Assembly: GCA_051251855.1 (NCBI GenBank)
Contig: JBPOGI010000001.1
Span: 1,600,001-1,664,000, forward strand
Source: Roseibacillus sp.
GTDB taxonomy: Bacteria; Verrucomicrobiota; Verrucomicrobiia; Verrucomicrobiales; Akkermansiaceae
Direction: 5' to 3'
DNA length: 64,000 nt
Part shown: in pieces, positions 30,263 to 40,286 of the stretch
How the letters are laid out: the number at the start of each line of letters is the position of its first letter
How positions within the stretch are numbered: the first letter of the stretch is position 1
Position numbers and translations under genes: made by a program
Notes under the pieces: generated by a model
Database searches by the model: none
What the model saw: the letters and a program-made list of their open reading frames with translations, nothing else
What the model was told of the DNA's origin: nothing

Positions 30263-31441
30263 CTATTCCTCTTCTTGGATGGTCGCCAAGACCTCAGAAA
30301 TACGACTCTCAGGCACGTCCCATTCTCGGAGGGCGCTGGCCACCATTCCGGGTTGAGAAAACCCGCGAAGAGCACTCAACTCTTCGATTCTCGCTTCGTT
30401 GTCCGGGAGGTCGTTGAGTAATTCTTGAGACATCATAAAACCTGTTGGGGGCCGGCTAGAGAGGGCTGCGAGGCGGAGCTGTCGTGCGGGTTCCTCTTCC
30501 ATCAGGGGAAGAATCTTCCGTGTCCTAGGGCTGTTGTTCACGAAGTCGGAATTCTCGACAAGCTTATCGAATTGGTTACGAGAGAGTGCTGATAGACGCT
30601 CTGCCATTACGGTATGGCTTTCGATGCTACCAATTTTCTTTTCAAGACCGTAAAGAGCCATCGAGAAGCTCACTCTTTTTCCGTCCAAAGAACGGTCAAG
30701 GGCATAGTCGATAGCAGCATCAGGATCTCTTTCAACCCATTCTTTGAGCGGAGAAGTGGAGATTGCGGCTCTCGGCACTTCATCTCTCATGCCATCGAGA
30801 AGTCGCTCAAAATCGAAGTCTTCGGGGTAATCCATCCCCACCCCTTGACCCTGATTGGTATCATTTTTTGGAAGGCGTTTCATGGTGGCTAGTAAAGCTT
30901 CCGCTCCTTCCGCAGCCGATTGAAGGAAGGCCTTTCGAACCGTTCCGGCGAGTGGGCTAATGAAGGCTCCCACAGAATGCTTTTCGCATTCACAATAGAG
31001 CTCAAAGGCGAGCTCGGGTTCGCTGCGAGCGAGAACCGAGGCCACGGAGCACAAGGCCACTTCTTGCTTCTTGCCTTTCTGGCTGCGGACCCAGGCAATA
31101 CAGCCCTCTTGGTCTCTTTTGAGCCACTCTCCGAAAAGCCGTTGCAGAAGACGGACATCATCACGCCCCATCCCACCCCACATTCCGCCCATCGCTTCGT
31201 TCACAAGAAACGGAAGTTCATCGTCGTCCGCCTCTTTTGCGACCGAGGGGCCTTCACTCTCCAAACGGCTGATGAGCTGGGTCAGCCTACTGGCGGACTT
31301 GGCTTCGCTCGTATTGGATTTCATTCCCTGCGCACTCTTGGTGGGAGCGGCCTTCACGAGGGGAGTTTTCTCAGGTTTAACGAGCCAGCCAAGAGTGAAA
31401 CCAATGAGCAAAGTTCCAAAAGCAATCACACTAGTCTTCAT
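30263..31441 (-). CDS. Hypothetical membrane-anchored helical-repeat protein
   Basis: N-terminal TM (IGFTLGWL); WLKRDQEGCIAW and WVERDPDAAIDY repeats. Confidence 0.75.
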   Translation of the reverse strand: MKTSVIAFGTLLIGFTLGWLVKPEKTPLVKAAPTKSAQGMKSNTSEAKSASRLTQLISRLESEGPSVAKEADDDELPFLVNEAMGGMWGGMGRDDVRLLQRLFGEWLKRDQEGCIAWVRSQKGKKQEVALCSVASVLARSEPELAFELYCECEKHSVGAFISPLAGTVRKAFLQSAAEGAEALLATMKRLPKNDTNQGQGVGMDYPEDFDFERLLDGMRDEVPRAAISTSPLKEWVERDPDAAIDYALDRSLDGKRVSFSMALYGLEKKIGSIESHTVMAERLSALSRNQFDKLVENSDFVNNSPRTRKILPLMEEEPARQLRLAALSSRPPTGFMMSQELLNDLPDNEARIEELSALRGFSQPGMVASALREWDVPESRISEVLATIQEEE

Positions 31442-31585
31442 TCCTTCTAGAGCGTTCTCTAGTGGCCTTTTTTTGTCGATATCTCTTTTAGAGAGAAAAT
31501 TCTTTTGACCAGAACCCTAACCCTTACCCTTACCTCCGCCTGCTGGACTGGAGACTCCGCTTGGCAAGCCACCGGGAAAGGATAG

Positions 31586-31630
31586 TCCAGACGGAGCGCG
31601 GTTCTTCAGTCCGCCCCACTGCCTCATGAC
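31586..31630 (+). repeat. REP-like copy, direct repeat of 30034-30079
   Basis: TCCAGACGGAGCGCGGTTCTTCAGTCCGCCCCACTGCC vs TCCAGACGGAGCGCGGATCTTTAGTCCGCCCCACTGCC (2 mismatches in 38). Confidence 0.8.
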
Positions 31631-31665
31631 AGGAGCAATGGAGGCAGCCCTCGCATCTAAAAATT

Positions 31666-32349
31666 TTAGCAACACGCACGCATCATGGGGCAATCTTTGC
31701 TCCCTTGCTGGCCTGAGCTGCGATAATTCTGCAATAAGCGTCGAGACTCTTTGGCCAGCATGCGGCGCACCTCGCGGCGGGCTCCTTTTTCGCGAGGGAT
31801 GGTCATGTGATCATAAGCGGTCGTTTGATGGCGCATCCAGGCGATCACTGCCGATTCGGCGCGCTGCTCGATGGGGATTCGCTGCGTGCGAGCCACGGTG
31901 CCACTCCCGACCGGAACGGCGTGCTCGGCCACCGCTTTTGCCATCTTGTTTGCCAGCTCCAGATGTTCCTGATGGAAAGCGAGAAACTGAAACACCGCCT
32001 GTTCAAACTCCTCCGCATAGGCCTCCTCCGCCTTCGCGCGGCGTGAGCGACCGGCATCGAGCTTCTTGAGATATTTGGGATCGTTTTTCTCTGCTTCGCG
32101 CTCTGCTTTCAGTCGCTCAATTCGATCCGCGGGCGCCAGAATCCCGTGTGAGAATTTCTTGCGCCGCTTGAACTCCACCACGGTCCAACTCGGCCCCTCC
32201 ATTTTCACCCTCCGGCTCAAAGCGGCATCGCCCGGTGGCAAGCGCGCCCAATCAGTAGGAATCTTCATCGGCTCCCCCTCCATACTGGACACGAAGCCCT
32301 CCTTCTCGCCCAAGCGAACCTCAATCGCCTCTTCATTACTCTTACTCAT
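31666..32349 (-). CDS. DUF2293 domain-containing protein
   Basis: LPPGDAALSRRVK, PVGSGTVART, AVIAWMRHQTTAYD. Start ATG 32349. Confidence 0.8.
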   Translation of the reverse strand: MSKSNEEAIEVRLGEKEGFVSSMEGEPMKIPTDWARLPPGDAALSRRVKMEGPSWTVVEFKRRKKFSHGILAPADRIERLKAEREAEKNDPKYLKKLDAGRSRRAKAEEAYAEEFEQAVFQFLAFHQEHLELANKMAKAVAEHAVPVGSGTVARTQRIPIEQRAESAVIAWMRHQTTAYDHMTIPREKGARREVRRMLAKESRRLLQNYRSSGQQGSKDCPMMRACC

Positions 32350-32465
32350 CGCAGACTCCAACAGGAACCTCCCCTACCGCCGAGCGCAAGGCCAGCCTTC
32401 AACATCCTGTCATCCCAAGGAAAAAGGGTCAAAAAAAGCAAAGATCGAGACTCAACACCCTGATT

Positions 32466-32494
32466 TTGACATTCTGTTTGGGAGAATGTAGTAT
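32466..32494 (+). promoter_or_regulatory. Sigma70 promoter with embedded operator palindrome for the TA-like operon
   Basis: TTGACA-N17-TAGTAT; ACATTCT-N7-AGAATGT (32469-32489) spans the spacer. Confidence 0.75.
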
Positions 32495-32504
32495 TCGCCT
32501 TGTT

Positions 32505-32783
32505 ATGGCCGAAGAGTCGCTCGATATTCCGATTTCAGAACTGCCTTTTGAGGCGGGGCAAGGGTTCTCGGCGACTGTTTCCGAGGATGGCATTGCTCAC
32601 ATCACGGTCTTGCTAGCGAAAACCCAGGAACGAACTGAAAGCGCTCACTCTCAAGAGGCAGCCACCGCGTTTCTGAGAAAATGGGGAGGCTCTCTTGCGA
32701 GTTCTGATTCCTTTCGGAAAGACCTCCACTCTGATGATCCTAGAATGCTTCACTACATCGAAAAATTCGGTTTGGACGCATGA
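32505..32783 (+). CDS. Putative antitoxin (hypothetical, 92 aa)
   Basis: Small acidic ORF overlapping the PIN gene by ATGA; start moved to ATG 32505. Confidence 0.65.
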   Translation: MAEESLDIPISELPFEAGQGFSATVSEDGIAHITVLLAKTQERTESAHSQEAATAFLRKWGGSLASSDSFRKDLHSDDPRMLHYIEKFGLDA

Positions 32784-33199
32784 GGCTCTTTCTCGATACC
32801 AACATCCTGCTCGATGTCGCTCAAGGACGGGAATCGTTCTATGAGGCTTCTTCCAAAATTGTACAGTTCGCTCATCGAGACGAGAACGAGGCCTTTCTCT
32901 CGTGGCATTCGATGGCGACTCTTTTCTACATTCTCAGCAAACCGTGGGGCGAATCGAAAACAAGAGAATACCTAACCGATATTCTTTCTTGGGCTGAATT
33001 GGCCCCAACGAGTCAAGGATACGCGCTCAAAGCGCTTGCGATGGACGGCAAAGACTTCGAGGACGATCTCCAAAGTCAATGCGCGGTGGCGGCGAACTGC
33101 GATTACATCATTACCCGCAACACGAAGGACTTTGCCAGTTCCTCCATCGGGGCTCTCACTCCAAGCGACTTTTGGGAGCGATTTGGCTCGGAGGAGTAA
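32780..33199 (+). CDS. PIN-domain protein (VapC-like putative toxin)
   Basis: LFLDTNILLD, DFEDDLQ, IITRNTKDF. Confidence 0.88.
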   Translation: MRLFLDTNILLDVAQGRESFYEASSKIVQFAHRDENEAFLSWHSMATLFYILSKPWGESKTREYLTDILSWAELAPTSQGYALKALAMDGKDFEDDLQSQCAVAANCDYIITRNTKDFASSSIGALTPSDFWERFGSEE

Positions 33200-33307
33200 T
33201 GGGGTCGCCTCTGGTCTTCATCCTCACACTCGAACGTCTTCCACCAAAGGCACGGTTTCCTCGTTACAAGAGAGGAAGAATGGGACATTTTTGACCAAAG
33301 AAGTCCC

Positions 33308-35008
33308 ATGAATGACACCGCGCGAACCTCTCCCTTCTCCGACTACACCACACCCCAGCCAGATCTCGAAGAGTGTCGCGGACGATACGAGGTCTTCCAT
33401 CAGAGACTAAATGACGCCTCTTCCTTGGATGACTGCTTGAAAGTGATTGCCGATTGGGACGCGCTGCTGATGACCATTAAGGAGTGGAGCAGTCTGACTG
33501 AGATTCGCTTCAATCAGGACACTCAGAACAAGGCCTTCATCAAAGAGAAAGAGGAACTCGATGAGAGCTATTCGAAGTTCGTGGATCTCGAAACCACCTT
33601 CAAACAGGCGCTGTTAGACTCCCCGTTTCGCAGTGAACTGGCTGCGGCAACTTCCCCTCACCTCTTTGCGCTCTGGGAGTGCAATACGCGCAGCTTTTCT
33701 CCCGCAATCGAAGCGGATGTTTCTGCAGAGGCCAAGCTCGCTTCAGAATACACTTCGCTGACCGCGGGGGCGGAGATTGAATTCCGAGGCGAGACCTTCA
33801 CCCTCTCGGAGCTCGACAAATTTGCCGACGATTCTGACCGAACGATTCGCGAGGAAGCTTGTCGAGCGAGTTCGCAATGGTATGCCGACAACGCACCGGA
33901 CCTCGATCGCATCTACCATGGCATGGTCGAGCTTCGCCACGGAATGGCTCTCAAGCTGGGCTACGACAACTTCGTGGAAATGGGCTACCAGAGAATGAGA
34001 CGCATTGGTTACGGGTCAGAAGACGTGAACGTCTTTCGGGAAGAAGTGCAACGGGAAGTGGTTCCTTTCGTCACCGAGATGGCCAAGAAACAGGCGCAAA
34101 CCCTTGGGATTGAGAGCCTGAAGTTCTGGGACAATGCAGTTTTCTCGCCCCATGGAAACCCCGCTCCGCGGGGAGATCACGATTGGATGATCGAGCGGGC
34201 AACGGAGATGTTCTCAGCCATGGGACATGGTCTTCCCGAGTTCTTCGAAGAGATGAAATCTCGCGGCGTGATGGACCTGAAATCACGGAAAGGAAAAGCA
34301 GGAGGAGGGTTTTGCGACTACCTCCCCCTCTGCGAATTCCCCTTTATTTTCGCCAACTTCAACGGCACCCGAGCCGACGTGGATGTCTTCACCCACGAAA
34401 TGGGTCATGCCTTTCAGGCCTACTCAGGCCGCAAGCAAGCGATGAGCGATCTGGTGTGGCCGACGACGGAAGCCTGTGAAATCCATTCCATGGCCTTGGA
34501 GTTCCTGACTTGGCCCTCCATGGACTTGTTTTATGGCGAAGAGGCTGCCGACGAGCTTCGCAGAATTCATCTCACGGGCTATCTCATGTTTCTGCCCTAT
34601 GGAGTGGCGGTCGATCACTTTCAACATCTCGTCTACGAGCAACCAGACGCCACCCCCGAACGCAATGCGATGTGGCAGGAAATGGAGCAGCGCTACCTCC
34701 CCTGGTATCAATATGACGACCTGCCCAGCGAGAGTTCCGGACGTCTCTGGCAAGCCAAGCAGCACATTTACGGAGCTCCTTTTTACTACATCGACTACTG
34801 CTTGGCACAGACGGGCGCGATGCAGTTTTGGACCAAATCGCGCAGTGATCGGGAGGGAACGCTCCAGGCCTATACCGACCTTTGCCGTCTAGGCGGAAGC
34901 AGGAATTATAGCGATTTGTTAGAGTTTGCAGGTCTCAAGTCACCGTTTCAAAAGGGCTGTTTGAAGGACGTGATGGCAGATGCAAAAACGTTTCTGAACG
35001 CCTCATAA
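33308..35008 (+). CDS. M3 family oligoendopeptidase
   Basis: GKAGGGFC, FIFANFNG, HEMGH, EIHS, PFYYIDY. Confidence 0.92.
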   Translation: MNDTARTSPFSDYTTPQPDLEECRGRYEVFHQRLNDASSLDDCLKVIADWDALLMTIKEWSSLTEIRFNQDTQNKAFIKEKEELDESYSKFVDLETTFKQALLDSPFRSELAAATSPHLFALWECNTRSFSPAIEADVSAEAKLASEYTSLTAGAEIEFRGETFTLSELDKFADDSDRTIREEACRASSQWYADNAPDLDRIYHGMVELRHGMALKLGYDNFVEMGYQRMRRIGYGSEDVNVFREEVQREVVPFVTEMAKKQAQTLGIESLKFWDNAVFSPHGNPAPRGDHDWMIERATEMFSAMGHGLPEFFEEMKSRGVMDLKSRKGKAGGGFCDYLPLCEFPFIFANFNGTRADVDVFTHEMGHAFQAYSGRKQAMSDLVWPTTEACEIHSMALEFLTWPSMDLFYGEEAADELRRIHLTGYLMFLPYGVAVDHFQHLVYEQPDATPERNAMWQEMEQRYLPWYQYDDLPSESSGRLWQAKQHIYGAPFYYIDYCLAQTGAMQFWTKSRSDREGTLQAYTDLCRLGGSRNYSDLLEFAGLKSPFQKGCLKDVMADAKTFLNAS

Positions 35009-35011
35009 ACA

Positions 35012-35893
35012 ATGGACCGCCGACATCCCATTTCAGAATTCAAGGCTGAGCGATTCAGAGACTTCTTTGGAAGTCAGACAAGCCCTCTTGAAACCCAGTT
35101 GCTAAGCGGCGGAGCCTGCAACAGCAACTACTCGGTGCGCACACCCAAGGGCGAACGCTTCGTGTGCCGAATCCACAACCGAGGCAATCCTCAGGCGGAA
35201 AAAGCCATCGTTGCCCTTCTCGATGAGGCCATCCTTACCCCCGAATATCTGTGGGCTGGTGACGGAGTTTCGGTGATGTCTTTTGTGGAAGGCACTCATT
35301 TTCGCCCCACCAAAAAATTGGTCCGCGAAGCAGGCCAGATGATAGCGAGACTGAAGACCATCACCTTCCAAAGCTCTGGGCAAATCCTCCCCAGCGGTGA
35401 CGTCATCCCCTTTCCAGGCTGGCCCACTTTCAAGACCGGTATTCTGGGGCAGTTGGCCAAGGATTCAGTGCGGGACTATCTGGGAAAAGAAACGCTCGTT
35501 GCGGTGGAGAACCTCGTGAAGCAGCATCAGGACCTCTTTCACTCCTTCGATAGCTGCCACAATCTCGTGCATGGCGATTTCAGGCCCGATAACATTCTCG
35601 TCTCCGACGATTCCATCACCGGAATTTTGGATTGGGAGTTCGCTCACTCGGGGTGCTCCTGCATGGATATCGGAAACCTGCTGCGCCACCTTCCCTCAGA
35701 ATGGGAGCAAGACCTCGCTTGGGGACTGCAAAGCGAAGGCTTCGAATTACCCGGTAATTGGAGATTCCGTTCCCTCCTCATCGACTTGGTAAGCCATCTG
35801 GAGTTTCTCACTTCAAACCACTCAGATACTTTCAAAAGGAGCTGTGTCGCGAGAATCACTGCCCTGATCAAACAAAGCGCCGCGCTGGCCTGA
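35012..35893 (+). CDS. Aminoglycoside phosphotransferase-family kinase
   Basis: GGACNSNY, HGDFRPDNIL, ILDWE. Confidence 0.85.
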   Translation: MDRRHPISEFKAERFRDFFGSQTSPLETQLLSGGACNSNYSVRTPKGERFVCRIHNRGNPQAEKAIVALLDEAILTPEYLWAGDGVSVMSFVEGTHFRPTKKLVREAGQMIARLKTITFQSSGQILPSGDVIPFPGWPTFKTGILGQLAKDSVRDYLGKETLVAVENLVKQHQDLFHSFDSCHNLVHGDFRPDNILVSDDSITGILDWEFAHSGCSCMDIGNLLRHLPSEWEQDLAWGLQSEGFELPGNWRFRSLLIDLVSHLEFLTSNHSDTFKRSCVARITALIKQSAALA

Positions 35894-35981
35894 TTTCCTT
35901 TCCCCAGCCTTAATCGCTCGGCCCCCTCTCTACTTCATTTTTTTCTGGAAGCGCGCTCTTCTCTCGGCAACACCTTTTCTC

Positions 35982-36767
35982 GTGACCGAGTCCTTCCTTT
36001 CGCGCTTTTCTGGCATTGCCCGTCTTTATGGTCGGGACGCCTTGGAGCGTTTTCAGCAATCACATGTTACCATCGTTGGGGTCGGGGGCGTCGGTTGTTG
36101 GGTCGCGGAGGCACTCGCTCGCTCGGGAGTCGGCAAGCTCACTCTCATCGACCTCGATGACTTATGCGTCACGAATACGAATCGTCAGCTTCACGCCACC
36201 AGCGAGACCATTGGGCAGTCCAAAGCCCAGGTGATGGCCGACCGCCTGCGCAGCATCAACCCCGAGATTGAGGTCGTGATGCGGCAAGAATTTTTCAGCG
36301 AAAGCAGCGCCGAAAGTATTCTAACAGACTCGGGAGATTTTCTGGTGGACGCCATTGACTCCATTAAAGCGAAGTGCCTCCTTCTAGCTCTTTGTCGGGA
36401 GAAAGAGATTCCGGTCATCACCTCAGGAGGCGCGGGTGGACGCATTCGAACCGACAAAATCGAAATCACCGATCTCTCGCGCACTCATGGCTGCGCCCTT
36501 CTCTTGCAAGTGAGGAAGAATCTGCGATCGGACTACCGCTTTCCCCGTGGCGGAAAGAAGGCCAAGAAGTTTGGGATTCAAGCGGTCTTCTCTTCCGAGC
36601 AACCCCGCTATCCCACTGCGGATGGTTGTGTGAGCATCGAGCGCCCCGATGACGTTGACCCCGGCATTCGGTGTGATGCCGGCTATGGCACTTCCACTCC
36701 AATTATCGGCAGCTTCGGACTCGCGATTGCAGGAGCCATTCTCGAACAGCTGGCAGAGGAGAAATAG
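35982..36767 (+). CDS. tcdA: tRNA threonylcarbamoyladenosine dehydratase (ThiF family)
   Basis: RFSGIARLYG, GVGGVG, TNTNRQ, DAID, GGAGG, VFSSE. Confidence 0.88.
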   Translation: MTESFLSRFSGIARLYGRDALERFQQSHVTIVGVGGVGCWVAEALARSGVGKLTLIDLDDLCVTNTNRQLHATSETIGQSKAQVMADRLRSINPEIEVVMRQEFFSESSAESILTDSGDFLVDAIDSIKAKCLLLALCREKEIPVITSGGAGGRIRTDKIEITDLSRTHGCALLLQVRKNLRSDYRFPRGGKKAKKFGIQAVFSSEQPRYPTADGCVSIERPDDVDPGIRCDAGYGTSTPIIGSFGLAIAGAILEQLAEEK

Positions 36768-36800
36768 AAGGTTTGGCTTTTGACGATTGCAGCGGAAAGG

Positions 36801-36822
36801 GCGGCAGTAAAGGCCGCCCCTC
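36801..36822. repeat. REP-like copy between convergent genes
   Basis: GCGGCAGTAAAGGCCGCCCCTC is the exact reverse complement of 54918-54939. Confidence 0.75.
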
Positions 36823-36827
36823 AGTGC

Positions 36828-37163
36828 TCACTCCTTCGGCTTCGCGGCCCTAGCTTCGATGAGTTCTTTGTTCGGATCTTCGAAATCAGCTTCGTAGCCT
36901 TTGGCGTAGCTAAAGAGATGCTTCCAGCCATACTCAAAGTAGGCCTCTTTTTCCTCGTCAGAGAACCCGTGCCAGATGGTGACGTTGAAAGCACGGGTGA
37001 CTTTCATCATCATCTTGAGGGTCAAACGACGGCCTTTGCGAGCACGTTGAACCTGCTTGTGAGTCAACTGCTCGGTAGAGATTTCCACCAAGTGATGATT
37101 CGAAAGCCCCCAGTCATCCATAAGCTGATCGAGAGGCTGAGGTCCAAGGTCCATTTCTTCCAT
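36828..37163 (-). CDS. Hypothetical protein, possible HTH fold
   Basis: 111-aa ORF, PLDQLMDDWGLSNHHLV..LTHKQVQRARKGRRLT; TATCCT 7 nt before the ATG. Confidence 0.75.
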   Translation of the reverse strand: MEEMDLGPQPLDQLMDDWGLSNHHLVEISTEQLTHKQVQRARKGRRLTLKMMMKVTRAFNVTIWHGFSDEEKEAYFEYGWKHLFSYAKGYEADFEDPNKELIEARAAKPKE

Positions 37164-37216
37164 GACAGGCAGGATAGTTAAATTTTCACTAAGCTAAAGC
37201 CGAAAACGGAAGGTCT

Positions 37217-38740
37217 CTATTCCCACTCGATACTCGCTGGTGGCTTGGTCGAGACATCGTAGAGAACCCGGTTCACTCCCGGAACATCATTCAAAATACG
37301 GTGACTCGTCTCACGGAGAATTTCGTAGGGCAACTCCACCCAATCGGCAGTCATAGCGTCCTCGCTAATCACCGCGCGTAGGCCAACTGCCCATTCGTAG
37401 CTTCGCTCGTCCCCTTTCACTCCCACCGTCTTCACAGGGATGAGACAGGCATAGGCTTGCCAAGTCTTGTTATACCAACCGTGCTCGTGGAGCTTGCCAA
37501 TGAAGATGGCATCCGCCTCTTGAATAATCCGAATCCGATCGCGGTCCACGACGCCAGGACAACGAACAGCCAGACCAGGCCCAGGAAAAGGGTGGCGATT
37601 CACGATGTCGGGCTGAATTCCTAATGAAATCCCCAACTCGCGCACTTCATCCTTAAAAAGCTCTGCCAGCGGCTCGAGCACTTTGCCCTGCTTCTGCAGT
37701 TCAAGAATTCGATCCACACGGTTGTGATGAGTCTTAATTTTGGATGCTTTCGAACCTTCGTTGGAAGCGCTCTCGATAACGTCAGGATAGAGCGTTCCCT
37801 GCGCTAAAAGTTCAGCGTTACCAACCGCGTCCCAAAAGACATCCACGAAAAGATTACCAATAATTTCCCGCTTCTTCTCGGGCTCCGCCACGCCTTCTAA
37901 CTTCCCAAGGAAGAGGTCACTAGCATCCACGGTCTCGATAGGAACGCCCATGCGTTCGAAATTCTTCCGAACCTCAATCCCCTCATCTTTTCGCATCAAG
38001 CCATGATCCACAAAGATAGCGCGCATGTTGATTCCAGCTTCCTTCAACAGCACCGCTAAGACCGTACTGTCCACTCCACCACTGACGCCGCAGACCACTT
38101 GCTTATCCCCGACAGTCTCCTTAATCTCGGCCAAGAGATCACGCTTCATGTCCTCGATATGAAACTCGGCTAAGCCTTCCGCCAAATTTAAAAAGTTACG
38201 TAAAACCTGAGTCCCTTCGTGGCTGTGCGTCACCTCAGGGTGAAACTGAATCCCGTAATAGCGGTCTCCCCATCCCAAGCTAACCGGAGTGCCATGCTGA
38301 TTGACGGCCAACACGGTCGTCTCTCCCGAGAGCCCCTTTACAGTATCAGAGTGGCTCATCCAAATCTGGGAACGCTCTGACAAATCAGCGAAGAGTCCCT
38401 CCTTCACCTCCGGAATCAACTCAGCAGGACCATACTCACGCTTGTCGCTGGGCTCCACGGTGCCGCCGAACTTTAAGTTCAAAAGCTGCATCCCGTAACA
38501 TACTCCCAACACCGGAACTCCAAAGGCATCCAGAGTATCAAAGTCGATATCAGGCGCATCCGCATCCGCAGTGCTCTTTGGGCCTCCAGACAGAATCACG
38601 GCCCCGGGCTGCCCCAGACGTGACAAATCTTCGGGACGATAGAGCTTAGCAAAATAGCCAAGCTCGCGCACACGGCGAACAATGAGTTGAGTATACTGCG
38701 AGCCAAAATCGAGCACCGCAACGTGGTTTACTTCTTCCAT
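37217..38740 (-). CDS. guaA: GMP synthase (glutamine-hydrolyzing)
   Basis: DFGSQYTQLI, GVCYGMQ, SGGVDS, IKTHHN, HPFPGPGL, KPPASIEWE. Confidence 0.97.
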   Translation of the reverse strand: MEEVNHVAVLDFGSQYTQLIVRRVRELGYFAKLYRPEDLSRLGQPGAVILSGGPKSTADADAPDIDFDTLDAFGVPVLGVCYGMQLLNLKFGGTVEPSDKREYGPAELIPEVKEGLFADLSERSQIWMSHSDTVKGLSGETTVLAVNQHGTPVSLGWGDRYYGIQFHPEVTHSHEGTQVLRNFLNLAEGLAEFHIEDMKRDLLAEIKETVGDKQVVCGVSGGVDSTVLAVLLKEAGINMRAIFVDHGLMRKDEGIEVRKNFERMGVPIETVDASDLFLGKLEGVAEPEKKREIIGNLFVDVFWDAVGNAELLAQGTLYPDVIESASNEGSKASKIKTHHNRVDRILELQKQGKVLEPLAELFKDEVRELGISLGIQPDIVNRHPFPGPGLAVRCPGVVDRDRIRIIQEADAIFIGKLHEHGWYNKTWQAYACLIPVKTVGVKGDERSYEWAVGLRAVISEDAMTADWVELPYEILRETSHRILNDVPGVNRVLYDVSTKPPASIEWE

Positions 38741-38758
38741 AAAAAAATTCTGTTAGAA

Positions 38759-40216
38759 CTAGCTCCCCAAAGGTTGATAGTTGGTAGGCTCTTCGGTAAT
38801 GGTCACATCGTGCGCATGACTTTCGCGCAAACCTCCCGGAGTAATTCGCACGAACTCAGAAAAATCTCTTAACTCTGCCAGATTGTTCGCGCCTACATAC
38901 CCCATTCCTGAGCGTAGGCCTCCCATCAGTTGAAAAAGCACATCCGCCAAAGGTCCTTTGTAAGCCACTCGACCCTCCACGCCTTCCGCAACGAGCTTGC
39001 CGCTACTATTCTGACTGTAGCGATCGCTGGCTCCCTTCTTCATCGCTCCCAATGATCCCATCCCGCGATAGGTCTTAAAGCGACGTCCCTGATAGTGAAC
39101 CGTAGCGCCGGGACTCTCACGCGTCCCTGCTAACAGAGACCCGAGCATCACCAAATCTGCCCCCGCAGCCAAAGCCTTGACCACATCTCCCGAGTAACGA
39201 ATGCCACCATCAGCAATCACCCGCACCCCTGCTTCGCGTGCGACTTCGGCCACATTGCGAATGGCCGTAAATTGAGGCATCCCCACTCCAGCGATCACCC
39301 GTGTGGTGCAGATGGAACCCGGCCCCACGCCCACCTTGATGGCACTTGCACCAGCAGCAATCAGATCCTTCGCGCCCTGCGCAGTCACCACGTTTCCGGC
39401 GACTACAGGTAGATTCCCCAAAGAACGCAATTCCGTGATGACGTCCATCACCCGATCAGTATGTCCGGTTGCAGCATCGATGAAGAGTGCATCCGCTCCT
39501 GCTTCAATAAGCGCTTGTCCCCTCTCTTTAAAATCTGGGCCCACGCCCACGGCGGCTCCACAGCGGAGGCGCCCATCGGGATCCTTCGCAGCACTGGTAT
39601 AGGTGATTCGCTTCTCGATATCAGCCCCCGTAATCAGACCCACAAGCTTTCCGTCGCCCTCAACCAAAGGCAGCTTCTCGATACGATTTTCGTAAAGAAT
39701 ACGTCGCGCAGCTTCCATCCCAGTGTCTGGTCCACCCGTAACAAGACGCTCGCGTGGAGTCATTACTTCGGAGACTTTCTCGGTATCACCATCAAAGTAA
39801 CGCAGGTCGCGGCCAGTCACCATTCCCTCGAGGATCCCCTCGGCACTTACCACCGGAAACCCCGAGAACCCTCGCTCCTCCACCAAATCCCGCACTTGGC
39901 CCACCGTCATTTCTTTGGTGACGATTTCAGGACGATGAATCACCGCATTCTCAGAACGCTTGACTCGAGACACCATCACCACCTGCTCCTCAATGGAACA
40001 AGCTCGATGAATGACTCCAATACCTCCCTCGCGAGCCAGCGCGATGGCGAGTTCTGATTCCGAAACGGTATCCATTGCTGCCGAAACAACGGGAGAAGTC
40101 AGTTCAATATCGCTTGTCAAGGTGCTCCCTAGACTCACCAAATTAGGAAGCACACTGCTTCGCTGGGGAACTAAGAGAACGTCGTCGAAAGAAAGGCCTA
40201 GAATGGGCTCTGCCAT
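38759..40216 (-). CDS. guaB: IMP dehydrogenase (with CBS pair)
   Basis: [34 protein letters not shown]. Confidence 0.97.
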   Translation of the reverse strand: MAEPILGLSFDDVLLVPQRSSVLPNLVSLGSTLTSDIELTSPVVSAAMDTVSESELAIALAREGGIGVIHRACSIEEQVVMVSRVKRSENAVIHRPEIVTKEMTVGQVRDLVEERGFSGFPVVSAEGILEGMVTGRDLRYFDGDTEKVSEVMTPRERLVTGGPDTGMEAARRILYENRIEKLPLVEGDGKLVGLITGADIEKRITYTSAAKDPDGRLRCGAAVGVGPDFKERGQALIEAGADALFIDAATGHTDRVMDVITELRSLGNLPVVAGNVVTAQGAKDLIAAGASAIKVGVGPGSICTTRVIAGVGMPQFTAIRNVAEVAREAGVRVIADGGIRYSGDVVKALAAGADLVMLGSLLAGTRESPGATVHYQGRRFKTYRGMGSLGAMKKGASDRYSQNSSGKLVAEGVEGRVAYKGPLADVLFQLMGGLRSGMGYVGANNLAELRDFSEFVRITPGGLRESHAHDVTITEEPTNYQPLGS

Positions 40217-40286
40217 GGGCGAATGAATGGAAGTGCGAGCCGATGTTCAAGCCCGAAGTGCAATCAAATTGGCATGATGTCCATAT

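Noticed and set aside
30157..30375. 72-aa minus-strand ORF as a gene remnant or frameshift extension
   Set aside because: Overlaps the 392-aa gene, which has its own stop; no recognisable motif.
31514..31534. Telomere-like ACCCTA-ACCCTT-ACCCTT-ACC
   Set aside because: Only 3.5 imperfect units in an intergenic region; too short to interpret.
28035..36822. Classical integrative element or prophage at tRNA-Ser
   Set aside because: No integrase or phage gene, and I found no duplicate of the tRNA 3' end by eye.
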